Source: Cirrosporium novae-zelandiae
Taxonomy: Eukaryota
Direction of reading: 5' to 3'
Assembly: GCA_026023565.1 (NCBI GenBank)
Contig: JAPETS010000037.1
Span: 124,001 to 188,000 of the forward strand
DNA: 64,000 nucleotides
In this document: positions 31,478 to 44,274 of the stretch, one piece after another
How positions within the stretch are numbered: the first letter of the stretch is position 1
How the letters are laid out: each line of letters starts with the position of its first letter
The notes under the pieces: generated by a model
Database searches by the model: none
Seen by the model: only the letters and a program-made list of their open reading frames with translations
Told to the model about the DNA's origin: nothing
Made by a program: the position numbers and the translations under genes

Positions 31478-33276
31478 ATGAGACTCCGTCGCCAACTAAA
31501 GAAAAGTCGAGCCCAGCTAGAAGCTGACGAGACCGAGACGTTTTTCTCTCGGAGAAACAAAGGAGAAAACACAAGTGAACCTAATGAGAGCGACAACGAA
31601 GAGAGCAACAACGGAAAAATTAATGATTATTCTCATATTCATCCCCCACGTACGCTTCAACGATCAAAATTAAATCAACTTAGGACCCGACAGATGCGTG
31701 ACATGGATCCAAAAATGATTCTCAATCAAAACAACGGAGACCATAATATTGTCAGTGATTTAAGGAAGGGCGCTTGGGTTCATGATGTCGGCGCAAGCAG
31801 TCAAGGTAATATAATTTTCACTGGGGAGTCCACAAGGACCACCACAGAAGCATGTCAGCCAAAAGAAGCCCCCGAACCTAAGATTTTACCATCGCCAGGA
31901 CCATTCTTGTGGGATGAGATTCACCCTGCTGTCCAAGTCCGACTTTATATGACTCTCACACAGAATCTACAAGCAGAAGGCGGGAAGTATTTCGTGACTC
32001 ATTTCCAACTCACAGAGGAACAAGCAGAAAAATTGGAATTCCACCTTGATGCCGCCAAAGCTCAAGCAGAACAGCGAGAGCAAATGGGTCAAAAGACAAG
32101 ACTGCGCCAACTTCAAGGAATTTTGGACAGAACCGTTGGGCAATCGAATTTTGAAGAGACTTATCGCGAAGACGTCAGAGCAGTTGCGGCCGTGGAAATT
32201 GAATATGAGTATGTCATATCCTGTTAGCTGAACTACCTAATTTGCTAACTATGAATCCCAGGTCTATGCCCGAAAGTGCACGCACCAAGGCGATGGAATG
32301 GTTGACAACATGGGGTTTGGACGATGCGATGGCTGCCAAGGTGGTTGATTTTGGGTGGGATAGTCAATCTAGTGAAGATGGGGATGAGGGAAAACAGCAG
32401 ATTGAGACCACTCATGACAATCCCACCCATGTCGACTCCACCAGTGGTTCTTCTTCCTCTTCTTCCTTTGTTGACGATGATGCTTATATGAATGCTCCTA
32501 TTGTTATACCAGATGACAATGATTACGTGGGGGATGAAGATGATGAATGGAATCATACACAAAAGACAAATACGAGAGAGGCAAGGAGGAGGGGAAAAAT
32601 GCCGCCGCCATCATCTCCATCCCCACGAACGAATCGGCTGTCACAAATAAAAAGCACAACTAGGGATAGAGCTAGTGGGGAAAGCAGTGATCATACAAAC
32701 GTTACTGACAACAAAACAAAAAAATCTGCTCGTTTTTTTGAGAAGAGAATAACAAAAACGAGCAATCATAGTAAATTGTCTAGACAATCATATGATGGCA
32801 ATGATGACAGCACAGAACCACCACCTCAAATGCAGATATTTCCTCCAACACACCTTAACAGCAAGCCACGCACGTACGGGAATATAATACAAACACCCTC
32901 TCTAATCGACCATCGGCCCCAACATAGCTTAGAGAAAGTTAATAGATCCACAAGGAAGCCAGAAGATAACGGACCGAACCCTGGGACAATCAAACAGCGG
33001 CGGCGGGATTGGGATGGATCAACCGAAAGAGAGGCGCTCAGGAAAGTCGTTAAAAAAAAGAGCCAATATATGCATCAGGATGGGAGAGGGATTGGGACCG
33101 AGGGGCAAAATGGCTTGGGACAAAGAGGGCACAGCAATGTAGGACAGGGACAGGAACAGGAACAGAATGACAGTGGAAAAAATGGGAGATACGAGAGCCA
33201 CGACGGACAGCAAGCCGCCACGCCCCAACCCCGAAAAGGGCCAAGGTACAAGTTTGTAAAGAAGGCAAGGAATTGA
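31478..33276 (+). CDS. Hypothetical low-complexity protein, two exons
   Basis: ORFs 31478-32227 and 32242-33276 can be joined by GTATGT(about 32209)...GCTAAC...CAG(about 32261). No recognisable domain. Confidence 0.6.
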
Positions 33277-34401
33277 AGTGTAATGAATGTTGGTTGGTTT
33301 TGATTACGCACGCGTGTGGGTCGTGCATTGTTTTGATTTATTTAGGATAAAAGACGTCAAAATTGCTTAGGTAGTTGGGTTGGGATATAGTTATCTGAGA
33401 TCTGTTATTCAGTTCCCGATGAATGAATGATAAGGAGATGTATTATTGTATTATTTTAGATTATCCCTATTATTGATTGATATTACTATGTACTTACTAT
33501 ACATAGGGGTTTTTTTTTTGAAGAGTATATTTTATGATTGATTTCCTATGTCGGTGAGATGGGTTTTTGTTGTTGTTTTGTTTCTAGGGAAGTGGAGTTT
33601 AGTGGGTATCTAGAGAGGGGGGAGGGGGGGGGGGGGTTCTTTGGATTTTTTGATGGGGGGGATATATACATGTATGTATGTATTTCTACTTTCTACTCTT
33701 TCCTTTTTCATTTTTCATTGGGATTTATATATATACATTGTTCAGGTAGGGCCTACATTTTGGGCTGCGAACAAGGTGAGAGAGAGAGAGAGCTGGGGGG
33801 GTTGGGAGGTTAGTTAGTTAGGGTTGGGGTTTGCCTGCACTGTACAGTAGCTCTCTCTGGTGTTTGTAAATCAGATGTCTAAAGTCCCAAGCTCCAAACT
33901 CTAGTCGTGAATATTCATTCTAACAGTAACAAATATTCTAGCGACGCGCTCAGATGTTAGATATTAGATCTCAGATATACCACCATATCTTCCGTCCGTC
34001 CTCTGTCGTTTGTTATATGATTGGCTCTTTGTATGCCTTCTCTCTCTTTTTTTTTTCTTTGAAGAAAGGTTCACAGGTCCTTGGGTTTCAACACCATCAC
34101 TTTCTTTTTTTACCTTCTACTCTCTCTCTCTCTCTCTCTCTCAAATATCTTCTGACTTTACCTATAGCCAGGTTCAACTATTCCCATTCCCATTCCTGAT
34201 CCCTTTCTTTTATTTAGGGGGATGGGGAGGGGGGTTCCATTTTGTTGCATATTTTCTTTTCTTTTCTTGGATTCTTCTTTTCCTTGTAATGTTGTTGGGA
34301 GGGGGGGAGGGTGTTTGAAGAAACGTATTTTTTTTATTCTTTTTTTTATTTTTTTGCAAGGAGTGAAAAGTATGGGGATGGGGATTGTGTGAGCTTGTTA
34401 G

Positions 34402-34445
34402 AGAAGAAGAAGAAGAAGAAGAAGAAGAAGAAGAAGAAGAAGAAG
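34402..34445 (+). repeat. (GAA)n microsatellite within a low-complexity intergenic tract
   Basis: About 14-15 GAA units, with (CT)n, poly-G and poly-T runs nearby (33500-35100). Confidence 0.95.
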
Positions 34446-35653
34446 GGAAATCAGATCAGATTAAGAAATAATTCCCTTAGAAACATGAAATGATGGGGAC
34501 TTATAACAACAACAGCAACATCATCATCATTTCAAACGTGATAATTTATTCCTATCAATACAGGTTACATAAAATCGATCATGGAAAGGGTTCAATTCTC
34601 ACTAATTAAGGATATCCTATAGATATAACTCCTAACACGGATCCACCTGTATTTGTATTTACTGTGATTAGAGATATCAAATATCCAGATAGATGGTTAC
34701 GTTATGAGTAGGAAAGCAAGGATAAGTAGGTAGACAGGGTACCCCTTCCAAATCCCTTTCGACCTTTTTTTTTCTCACCCTTTATTTAGCCTTGTCCATG
34801 TCCTTGTCCTTACTGGTCTAGAGAGGGGAGCTCCCTCTAGGAAGGTCCAACAATTTGGGTCTCGGTTATACAAACGGTGTTAGGAGTTAACTACCTAGTC
34901 ACGCTAGTGCGGCCCCTCGGCCTAACAGCGTCCCGGCGGGTTTGTATTACTTGTACAACATTATGTATATCCTTGGGCTGATGCAATTGAGCGAGAATAC
35001 TGAGATAGGAATGAAGAGAAAAAAATGCAATTTGAACGGGAAAAAGGCCGTGGCTTTTTATATATGTTTTTTTTCTCTCTCTCTCCCTCTGGTTGCTGTG
35101 ACAAGTGAAGTGAAGTAAACTGACCTCGTAGTGTCATGTCTGTACGTAGCTGATGCAAGAGTAAAAGGGGGTATTGATTTTGTTGTCTTATGACTGATTA
35201 CATTTATCCATGCCATCTACATTCAGAAGTCCATCGATTTTTCATCCTAACGATAGAAATAGGTTCTTCACTTTCACCTCTGATCTGAGAGTTACTGTCA
35301 ATCCGTCCACAAGCTGCAGTCCATCCACATTTTCTCACGAATACTAGAGTAATGCATTCATTCTCCCTTTAACAGGGGTTTCAATCAGGCTAGGCCATCC
35401 TCCTTTCAAGTCGCCGACTATTCTCAAGGCAACCTGCCCAGCAGGGGGTTTGCTATACATCATGTCGTCATGTTATTCCTCCACCTAAAGTGTTGTTGTT
35501 CTAAACAACTTTATTCGAACGTAGATGGAGAATGGTAAAGGTCACTCTCCGAGTACACTGGTTCATCATCGGATGCGTGGACACTTGGGTCATGAGCGGG
35601 TTATAGTATTAATTTACGTTCTTGCTTTCTAAAGGCTTTATTCTCTTGTGTCT

Positions 35654-37402
35654 TCAGGGGACTGGGATATGCTTTCGAAATTGGAATGTATCCTCGACTT
35701 CGGATAAAATATTGCCTGAACCTGAAGAATCCGCACCTTCAATCCAGTCAAGAGTTTCGTCAAATGCATCAGTGATGTCTTGTGGTTTGCTAGAAGTACC
35801 GTTCATGGGTTTCGAGCGGTTGCTCATACTAGACCCGCGCCCTGGACTGGGAGATTTTTGCGGCTCACCAAAGAATATAGGTTCTTTGCCCTCCTCCTGT
35901 ATCTGACCAATGACGAAGTTTCGTGCATTGCCATATAGAAATAATGGTCTCTGGTGCCTGCCTGTACGTATCCATTTCTCCTCTTGTCGGCCGCCGGGTT
36001 TATCCAAGGGAACTGTGGTAATTTTGGGGGCTTCCCATTTAGAATTCCAATGGTAAACTGCAGGGTCCTTATTCGCACATTGAAACATTATCAAATCCGG
36101 TTGCTTTGGATGCCATGAAATATTCCTAACGGGGGCATGGTGCACTAAAATGGCTTTCGGGGCAAGTGATTTCAGCGACCAGATCCATAAAGTAGTCGGC
36201 ATGGCATCAGTCCGTGTAGCAAGAAGAGAGCCATTGTGATTGAAAGCGAGCAAAGAGATACCAATTTTGGTATCAGACTCGGATAATGATTGGGCTGTAG
36301 GGGGACAGAGAGGCTGTGGGGCAGCGACATAGCTTCTTCCGTTGCCTGGAAGAAGTTGTTCCTGCCAAATAGTAATATCAGGCAGTTTGACGGTTGTAGT
36401 GTGCTCCAAATATATTTTCGGAGAAAACTATGTCTATTAGAAATGACTTCATCTCTCAACTTTGGATACTGACCGTTGTGCAGCTTAATAATGTCACTCG
36501 CATTGACGACCCTCCTATAGCCAGATAGTCTCCCTTTGGACCCCACTGGATACACTGAATCCCAGCAGAACTTCCATCATCTTCTTCGTCCCCGTTGTAG
36601 GTCCGAAAGAGATTTCCATCTGCCGCATGGATGGAAAGCCTATATCCATAAGTAGGAGAGTCCCATATTGCAAGCCATTTCCCGTCATGACTCCATTTCA
36701 GGCCTTGCGCATCGACTGTCGAAGGGTCGAAGCTCGCCCATTGCTTCAACGTATCCGGTTCATGGAGAGTTGCTATGTCATATGTCGCTGGTCTCGTTAA
36801 GAGCGCCATATGATTACTACCAGGACGATACCCAAAGCCTTTGGAGGTGAATTTAGGATCTCGGATATCAAAACTACGACCGGTTTTTAACGAGCATACC
36901 AACAGTCGGACTTTGAAAGCGGAGAATATCAAAACCGTATCTTCATTATGTCCAAAATCCGCATATCCCACCTTTCCCACCGGACCACCTGCATTTGATA
37001 TTGCTACATTCCACGAAGCATTGTGCGTGTCCCATACCCGTACCGTATCTTCATTTGCTAACAGTATTCTCTGGGGCTGCGAACGACTGCGATCATCGAA
37101 AAGCTCTTCATCATCGAGAGCTAGTTCTAGATCTTCAAATTGCTCTTCCTGAGCTGTGGAATGAGGTTTGAACCACCGAATAGTGAAGAGTGATTTTATA
37201 AAGGACTCGCCGAGGTCGATAGTACGGATGATGTTGCGATCCTCTGTTGAGCGGATGTATAATTTAGGGCCTTCGACTATGGCGATAAAGGCACCATTGG
37301 AAGAGGGAACGGCATGGAAAGAAGCTAGAACCTAATCAGGCTTGTATGGTACAAGAATGTACATTTGGACATACAGCTAAAGCTCTTGATATTATTACTC
37401 AT
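35654..37402 (-). CDS. WD40-repeat protein, WDR8/WRAP73-like
   Basis: Exon 1 MSNNIKSFS, introns about 37374-37332 and 36475-36422. Motifs 'IRDPKF', 'TVDAQGLKWSHDGKWLAIWD', 'LATRTDAMPTTLWIWSL...LVHHAPVRNISWHP'. Confidence 0.8.
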
Positions 37403-38081
37403 GTTGGGCGTTTCCTTCTCATGCCTGTACAGGTCGAAAATCAACATTAGCCACAGTTACTTGAATCATCATTGTTATCATTATCATCATCATAGGATGA
37501 ATATAGTTACCTAGGAAGAATATCTGGAGTCGAACATGCGATGTATATCTATAATCTGACAGCATTGGTTTGTTGACAAAAATAGACTAATGTATTCGAG
37601 TAGGAGGCATTGCAAACAAGGCAAAATTTAAGGTTAAACTCAGCCTTCTTTTAGTTGTCTTGGCATTCTTGGTTCGCTTGGTTTGCTTGGCTCTCGTAAA
37701 ATTATAACTTATCACAAAGGGCGCTATCAATTCGAGACGCCATGGATCTTTCTGAAGGATCATTATCCTAGTAAAAAATACCCCATGCGTGCCATGAATG
37801 AGCTAATTGAACCATTCAAAACCTATTCCTAAATTTCCCAATCATGCTTAGATTCAGGCAATCCAGCGCTTATGCAGCTTGAATGTTCCTGATGGTCCTT
37901 TGAGCTCACGCTATGATGCCTTGATACAGGCTCGCTAACTTGCTACAGGATGAAGAAGGATGGCTTGGAGTCGTAGCTGTCACAGCCAACCTCTTTTAAG
38001 TTCGATTTCTTTAATAATCAGTGAAATATAACCGTGTTCGCCATCTGCTTTCATTTACCTTGACCTCGGTGCTTTGACACA

Positions 38082-40002
38082 ATGTTGTTGTTACATTTTT
38101 CAACCTTGTGCATATTCCTTTGTCTGTCGAAGCTTTCAGTCCTAGCAGAGAGACTTTATCCCAGGACAGATGAATTTACTGCAGGCGATCTCTGCGCAAT
38201 TATTGACCAGCGAAGTAATCGTCTCTGCAATATGTTTACCAGAATTGACTAACCGGAGCAGGCGCAATTGCTAACGACCGCTTGTATTTCACCGGTGGGC
38301 ATTATGCATTCTACGAAGGAGCTTCAGGGACACAAGGTAAGTTTGCGCACTTTCGCTGTTCCTTTTTGATGTATTAACCAATCTTTCAACATTAAGATAA
38401 ATTGTATTGGATCAATTTGAACACCTCATTTGCCGTCAATGAAGCCATTCACCCGGCTCAACTACGATCTGTTCCTTCGGAAGGAACTCAGTCAGAAACA
38501 GGCGCTTTCTTCGTTGATCCTACCAATGATGTTCTCTACTCCTATGGAGGATTCGATGATGCTACTGCCGTGAACTATATGATGGCCTACAATGCTAGTT
38601 CCGAAAGTTGGTCAAGAAAAACCATATCTGGTGGCAAGTTCAATTCCTTGAACAGACTGGCGTCTTTGTCCGCTTCCTCTTTAAACACCGATGAAGGTCT
38701 TGGTTTTGTATTGGGTGGATGGGAAAGCGATGTTAAGGGGATGGTGATCTTCAATTCTTCTGACCCAGACAATCTTTCCTGGACTAATAATACGGATGTG
38801 CATACGCCATTGACTATGGGAGGTACCATGCAATACCTGCGACTCGGCGAAAAAGGAATATTGGTTGCAATTGGGGGTTATGATACAGATTATGTTAACA
38901 AAAATCTCACTGGCTGGAGTTGGGATCTGCGCTCAATGGCCAATATCTCGGTTTATGACATTGATTCAGCTACCTGGTACAATGTGACTGCACAAGGGGA
39001 TATACCTGATGAGCGTTCCGAGTTCTGTTCCGTTGTCTCTGCGTCTCCAGATGGTTCCAGCTTTCAAATAACGATCTATGGTGGATGGAATCTCTTTGAT
39101 GGCACCCCTAATGAGGATGTTTATGTCTTAACTATTCCATCCTTTCAATGGATCAAAATATCTGATTCGGGAAACACCGAGACCTCGATTGGGAGCTCCA
39201 TTGGACGTAAAGACCATTTGTGCCACTTATATAATGAGAGAAGCATGGTGGTACTTGGAGGCAATATAAATAGCGGGAGTACTGCGCTCAACAGCAACTC
39301 GAGTACGGCATGCAATTCATCATATCCAGCTATTCGCGTTTTGGATGTTACCGATTTTTCATGGCAGAGTGAATGGAACCCTTCTCCGGATGCTTATGAA
39401 GTTCCTTCAGCTATCAGTGTTGTGATTGGTGGCAGGTAAGATCCTCTCCCATCAATTTCTGTCAGCGCTCTTCGCTAAAACTTGTAAGTACCTCTGGTGG
39501 TGCGACAATGAATGAACCAACAGGTGGCTTCAATGATTCCTCTCTCTCCACAATTTTATCCAAAACAGTATCCCTGTACAATGGTACCTCCACTACCTCC
39601 TCCAGCTCCTCCAGCTCCTCCAGTTCTTCAACAACCTCTTCAACAACCAGCAAAAGTTCTTCTCACACAGGTGCCATCGTCGGAGGAGTCATCGGTGGTC
39701 TCGCCATTATCGCCATCATAGCTCTAGGTTTCTTTTTCCTAAGACGCCGTTCCAGACGCAGCAAGCAGAAAGCTACTACAAATCAGCAATGGACGGGTGA
39801 GCTAGAAGGAACCCAGCCCGTAGCTAAACAAGGGTGGAGTTCTGAACTACCGGCGCAAGCCAACCGGAATGAAACCAAATCACCTACAGGTTATCAAAAG
39901 GTAGATCAACAGGCCCCGTTAGTAGAGCTGGACGGAGGGTGGCATGGGCATGAGGCTGGGCAGGGGGATACGCAAGGAGAGGGCACAGCACGGAGACGAT
40001 AA
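38082..40002 (+). CDS. Secreted/cell-surface kelch-repeat (beta-propeller) single-pass membrane protein
   Basis: Signal peptide from ATG 38082 and three introns (about 38215-38261, 38337-38395, 39436-39488). Kelch GG motifs (YSYGG, FVLGG, AIGG, IYGG, VLGG), an S/T stalk, and TM 'GAIVGGVIGGLAIIAIIALGFFFL' followed by RRR. Confidence 0.85.
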
Positions 40003-40960
40003 TACTAAACTTTTGAATTAGGTAAGATAAAAGACCATATTTGTCGTTAAAGCGTTGATTGCATTTTGTGGTGCTATTATGCTTCTTAAACTATATACCT
40101 ATATACTCGGTCGGACCTTTTACAGTCCATAATAATACCCAAAATAATCTGCAACATGCACTTCCCAAACTATCTTAAATATTTAGTGCCCATAAGCGTC
40201 TTCATTACTTTTTTATTTTTCCCGGACAATGGATTGTTTGAGATAGGGATGCCAATTCTCCATCCCCAAGCTTCTAATTTAACCTTTTACTGTAACCCCC
40301 GCGTCGCCGCCGTTTTTTGTGTAACCCTACGACTATTTATAACCTATAAAAACGATGTCGAATCGGGGATTAAGCGGGCGCCTGAACGAATGAGGAAGCA
40401 CTGCCTATACGGAACGTCAAATATTCAAAGAATATATAAATCGTTGCCAATCGGTATTGGAATGTGATAAAGGTGAACGGAGAAATAATGTTTTCGAAAG
40501 GGAAAAGTATCTATAGCTGCTCTAACAGCCATTAATTATTTCAGCTCATCTAACTCCCACAAAGTAGTATCAACTATTAAGAAACTTTGTACAGTACAGG
40601 ATGTCATTGACTCTAAGCAAACGGGACAATATATATATATCCTCTAGCGTCTAGAAAATAACACTAGACAGATGTCCAGAAATAATTCTCTGCTATATGA
40701 AAGCCGGATGGAAAAAGTTGGTTGAGATATTGAGAAGTGTGGGTTTCCTTTCCTTTGCTTGTCGCTGATATCAAATTTGGTCCTGTGCTAGGTAGTTACT
40801 CAAATCGAGAAAGGTTCTATTAGAAATAATTAGAGGAGCTTGGTTTTCGTGTGTTGCGATGGAGCATAATGCTATATCATAGGACATAGGCAGAATAATA
40901 AGGGGGGGGTTGAAGTAGTATATATTATTCCACCAACAATAGTTCATGACATTGACGGCA

Positions 40961-41041
40961 TGATTGATTGATTGATTGATTTATTCATACCCTTATGAGC
41001 TGCCCTTTGTCAGGCGTGCTATGCGGGGATTGGTTGTAACT
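40961..41041 (-). mobile_element. 5'-truncated non-LTR retroelement 3' end with (ATCA)n tail and probable TSD, copy 2
   Basis: Reverse complement reads ...GCCTGACAAAGGGCAGCTCATAAGGGTATGAATAAATCAATCAATCAATC. Flanked by ATTGACGGCATG (40951) and ATTGACGGAATG (41042). Confidence 0.65.
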
Positions 41042-41850
41042 ATTGACGGAATGGGAAAGGTATCAACTGGATATCGCTAAATGTAGTAGGCTTCCCATCT
41101 AGTCTAATCTTAGTATAGAGTAGTCCGGAACATCGATAGACTATACCACTGCTGAAAACCACAGTCTCCTTTACCAGAAAGGTTGGCTCCCAACCTCACT
41201 GTCGCTGTTTGTTGCGATTGTGATATTTGGTGTTGGGGTTCGTTAATCGTAGACTATATGTTTAGTAGGTAGAATCGCTTAATATAGGAAGCTAATCCTG
41301 AATAGGTAGCTCAAAGGAAGGACAGGAATTAGAATTAGATATAATGAAACTGACGGAATTGTTCAGATGATCTGGAGAGTATCTGGATCATGGGGATTAC
41401 GGATTACTGGGAAGGTAAATAGTGATCTGTGAAGTATATAGACACTCTTTACCTTAGATAGGACCTTTGCAGTTAACTTCTTGACACTTTATCAATACTC
41501 GCCAGTATCTCCGACTGAACACTATCATGACAGGCCTAGGGTTTGCATTGATACCCTTCTAATATTTCTAGTTTTCAGGTAGAAGCCCTGATGGAGATGC
41601 CCTAGTGTTAGTTTCGACCCCAAAGATACCAGAATAGAGACCAGCAGTTACATTCAAGGGGATCTCTAATATTGGGTACGTCTCCAGTATTTCACCAAAC
41701 TGGGACCTGATATGCCGTGAAGTCCTCGTCCCAGCACGCTAGGGCGTGACTGGAGAAGTGGAAATGCGAGGGAGCTAACGGCTGTGATTGTGAGCACGAA
41801 CGTAAAACGCAGAGGGGAATAATTAAGGCAAAGTTGTCTCTTTAATATTA

Positions 41851-42660
41851 TTAGTACGGAATGCGATTGGAGGGGGTGAAGGAGATTACCGCGATAGGAT
41901 TTAAGACCTGGGCTAAAAGGCCCTGTTCTGGGAGTCTAGAGAGTGCATAACAAACATCCTCCATATTCTGGTACCCATTCTTAGCCCAGCAATTCCGAAT
42001 CACATCGCCTATGAACATGCCTGCTGCGTTTGGTAGTTCTTGGTCCTGAGGCCAGCACTGGAAAGGTTCGTGTCTGCTTATCTGTTGCTGCTCCTTTATT
42101 TTTGTAACCGCTTCTTGACTGGTTGCTTCCAATATTGCCACACCTCTGTCATAATCGTGCTGGGCTGAGTCGAACGGCTCACATATAGAGAATTCAAACT
42201 GCTTCCCTGTGGTAATATGATAGACAAATGATCCAAAGCGAACGATATCCTATTTAATTAAGGAGCAGTTCTCACCAACTTCGTTCATGTTTAGATACTC
42301 AGGTATGATGCGAGCGTCGTGGAAGTTGCACAGTTTAAGAGATTGATCGTCATCGATAAGGAAGTTTTGAGCGACGATATTAGCGATAAAGACACGCTTT
42401 GAGTGTGCATAGATGACAGCAGCAGCAGCGTCTCGGATCCAATTCAATTGCTGTGTCTGGCCCGGCTTCTGTTGTAAGAGAAACTCATCAAGGGATCTAT
42501 TTTTCATAGGTGGGAATTCTATGCCTCCTTTAGATATCTGAACGTATCTCATGACATTGTCATGAAATCCCAGATGCTGATAAATCTTTTTCTCATTCTC
42601 AAGCGAATAGTTTAGAGTGATCAGATTCAACGCCGCCAAGAGTTCATACGCATCCAGAAA
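41851..42660 (-). pseudogene. Degenerate fungal protein-kinase-like gene (downstream copy)
   Basis: 'ENEKKIYQHLG', 'HSKRVFIANIVAQNFLI...LKLCNF' (catalytic Asp positions read Asn), an in-frame TAG at 42252-42250, and C-terminal 'IGDVIRNCW'. Confidence 0.75.
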
Positions 42661-42715
42661 TGCACCCTTGGTCTAACATTTCTCAATAACTGAGCTAAGC
42701 CAGATGTTTTGCGTG

Positions 42716-43340
42716 CTAGGAAGGTCCTCCCTCTGTGGCCGGTCCAGCCGGCTGGCCCTTAAATAGATCAAATTCGCATCGCTGCCCAGTTACAACCTCA
42801 TATATCACGGTGCCGAGTTGGCCAATGTTTGTGTAGACCGAGAAGCCGGCATCGTCAGCGGTGCGCATATCAGTATCGAGTGGCAAAATAGTTGATTCAG
42901 TGAAGTCTGAGAATTTAATGGACAGATCAGCGGCGAGGAGAAAGTTCCGAGTGGCGATGTCAGCCACAATGACGCGAAGGTCGTGTATACGAGCAAGGCT
43001 ACAAGCCATCTCCCGAAACCACGACAGTTGAATAGACTTAGCAGGACAATGTTGCTTCAGGTACTCACGAAGATCTCCATTTTCCATTAATGTCATTTGG
43101 ATACCAACACCGGACAGGCTAAGGCAAGGGACAACACCATCGCATTGCCCTAGGTGTCGATAGACGTCTTTTTCGTATTGAATTGATTCACAACACATCA
43201 GCCTTAATATCATCTCTCTCTTTCTCTGCTTTGCTGCATCCAAACCCTCCATACCTTAATGGAAGCTTCACAGCTGTGCTATCACGTAGGACTACTACCC
43301 CAGACGACCCTTACCAAGAATGGGACCCTGAAGGGAGGTT
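42716..43340 (-). pseudogene. Degenerate, truncated fungal protein-kinase-like gene (upstream copy)
   Basis: The G-loop/VAVK region 'ILGKG/SGVVVLRDSTAVKLP' lies in other frames (frameshifts), followed by 'YEKDVYRHLG...ENGDLREYL...VADIATRNFLL...KFSDF'. The C-lobe is truncated. Confidence 0.75.
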
Positions 43341-44274
43341 CCATCGGGTTCTAACAGGGGCGTGGACATTCTAGTAGCAAGAAGATGTGGTATGGTTTAA
43401 CGATTTTTATGTGCTCGTTTGCACGCAGTTCTCGATATGTAGAGAAAGGGTTGAAGGTACTGAATTTGAGCGAGTACTGGTACGTTGCGGAAATTTAAAA
43501 TGGGTTTCACAGCAATTTAAAATGTTGGTCAGCCGCGGGTGAAGGCCAACGCGTTAATCGTGCGCTTGCCCAACAGTCAAACCGCCACTGCTTCCACTTC
43601 CTCCGGCGCCCTGGTCATCATTATTCGGAGACGGCTTCAGCTGATTTCGATGATTTGGATAATTCATCTTGCGCCTTATAGAACTCCTTGAGACGCGGGC
43701 TCTGGATTTTCGCATTGGCTTTGTATTGCTTTCGCAGCTGGCACCATTCCACGTAGTTATGATTAGGCTGGCCGTTGGGTTTTATAGTACAGTATAGTGA
43801 TGTACTCGAGTAGTGTAGTGTAGTAATTAGTGTTCGAGTCACAGGCCTTCCAGACTAGGAATTTTTCGCCTAGATATCTTGAACCTCGGCATAATAAGAA
43901 CATTCTTATCTTTTAGAGCCCCAGGCTCTCACCGAGTACTTTATTGTCGACCTTAATTGATTTTCTTCAATCACAGTGCTATCACGATGAATTCAAGACG
44001 CCATACAGACCCACTTTCCTCCATTCTTCCCCGTATTAGTCCGAATGCCTTTTCTTAGAATGAAATTTCCGCCGCCGCCAGCCAGTCTTCACATATTAGA
44101 TATCCGCTGACATTTAAGGCCATGGCCCACTTTCCATTTCCCCATGGGCAATCCCCAATCTGCTTGCTGCTATATTATACTGCTAAACTTCGACCATTGC
44201 TTCTTTGCATCATATCTCCTCTCAATTTATTCCTATTCTACAGATAAAGGAGAAAAAACCTTTACTTTAACGAC

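Noticed and set aside
33538..34493. Short ORFs such as the poly-Lys ORF 34311-34493
   Set aside because: Translations of microsatellite and low-complexity DNA, with no coding signal.
43621..43842. 73-aa minus-strand ORF upstream of the kinase relics
   Set aside because: Non-ATG start, no recognisable domain or splice support.
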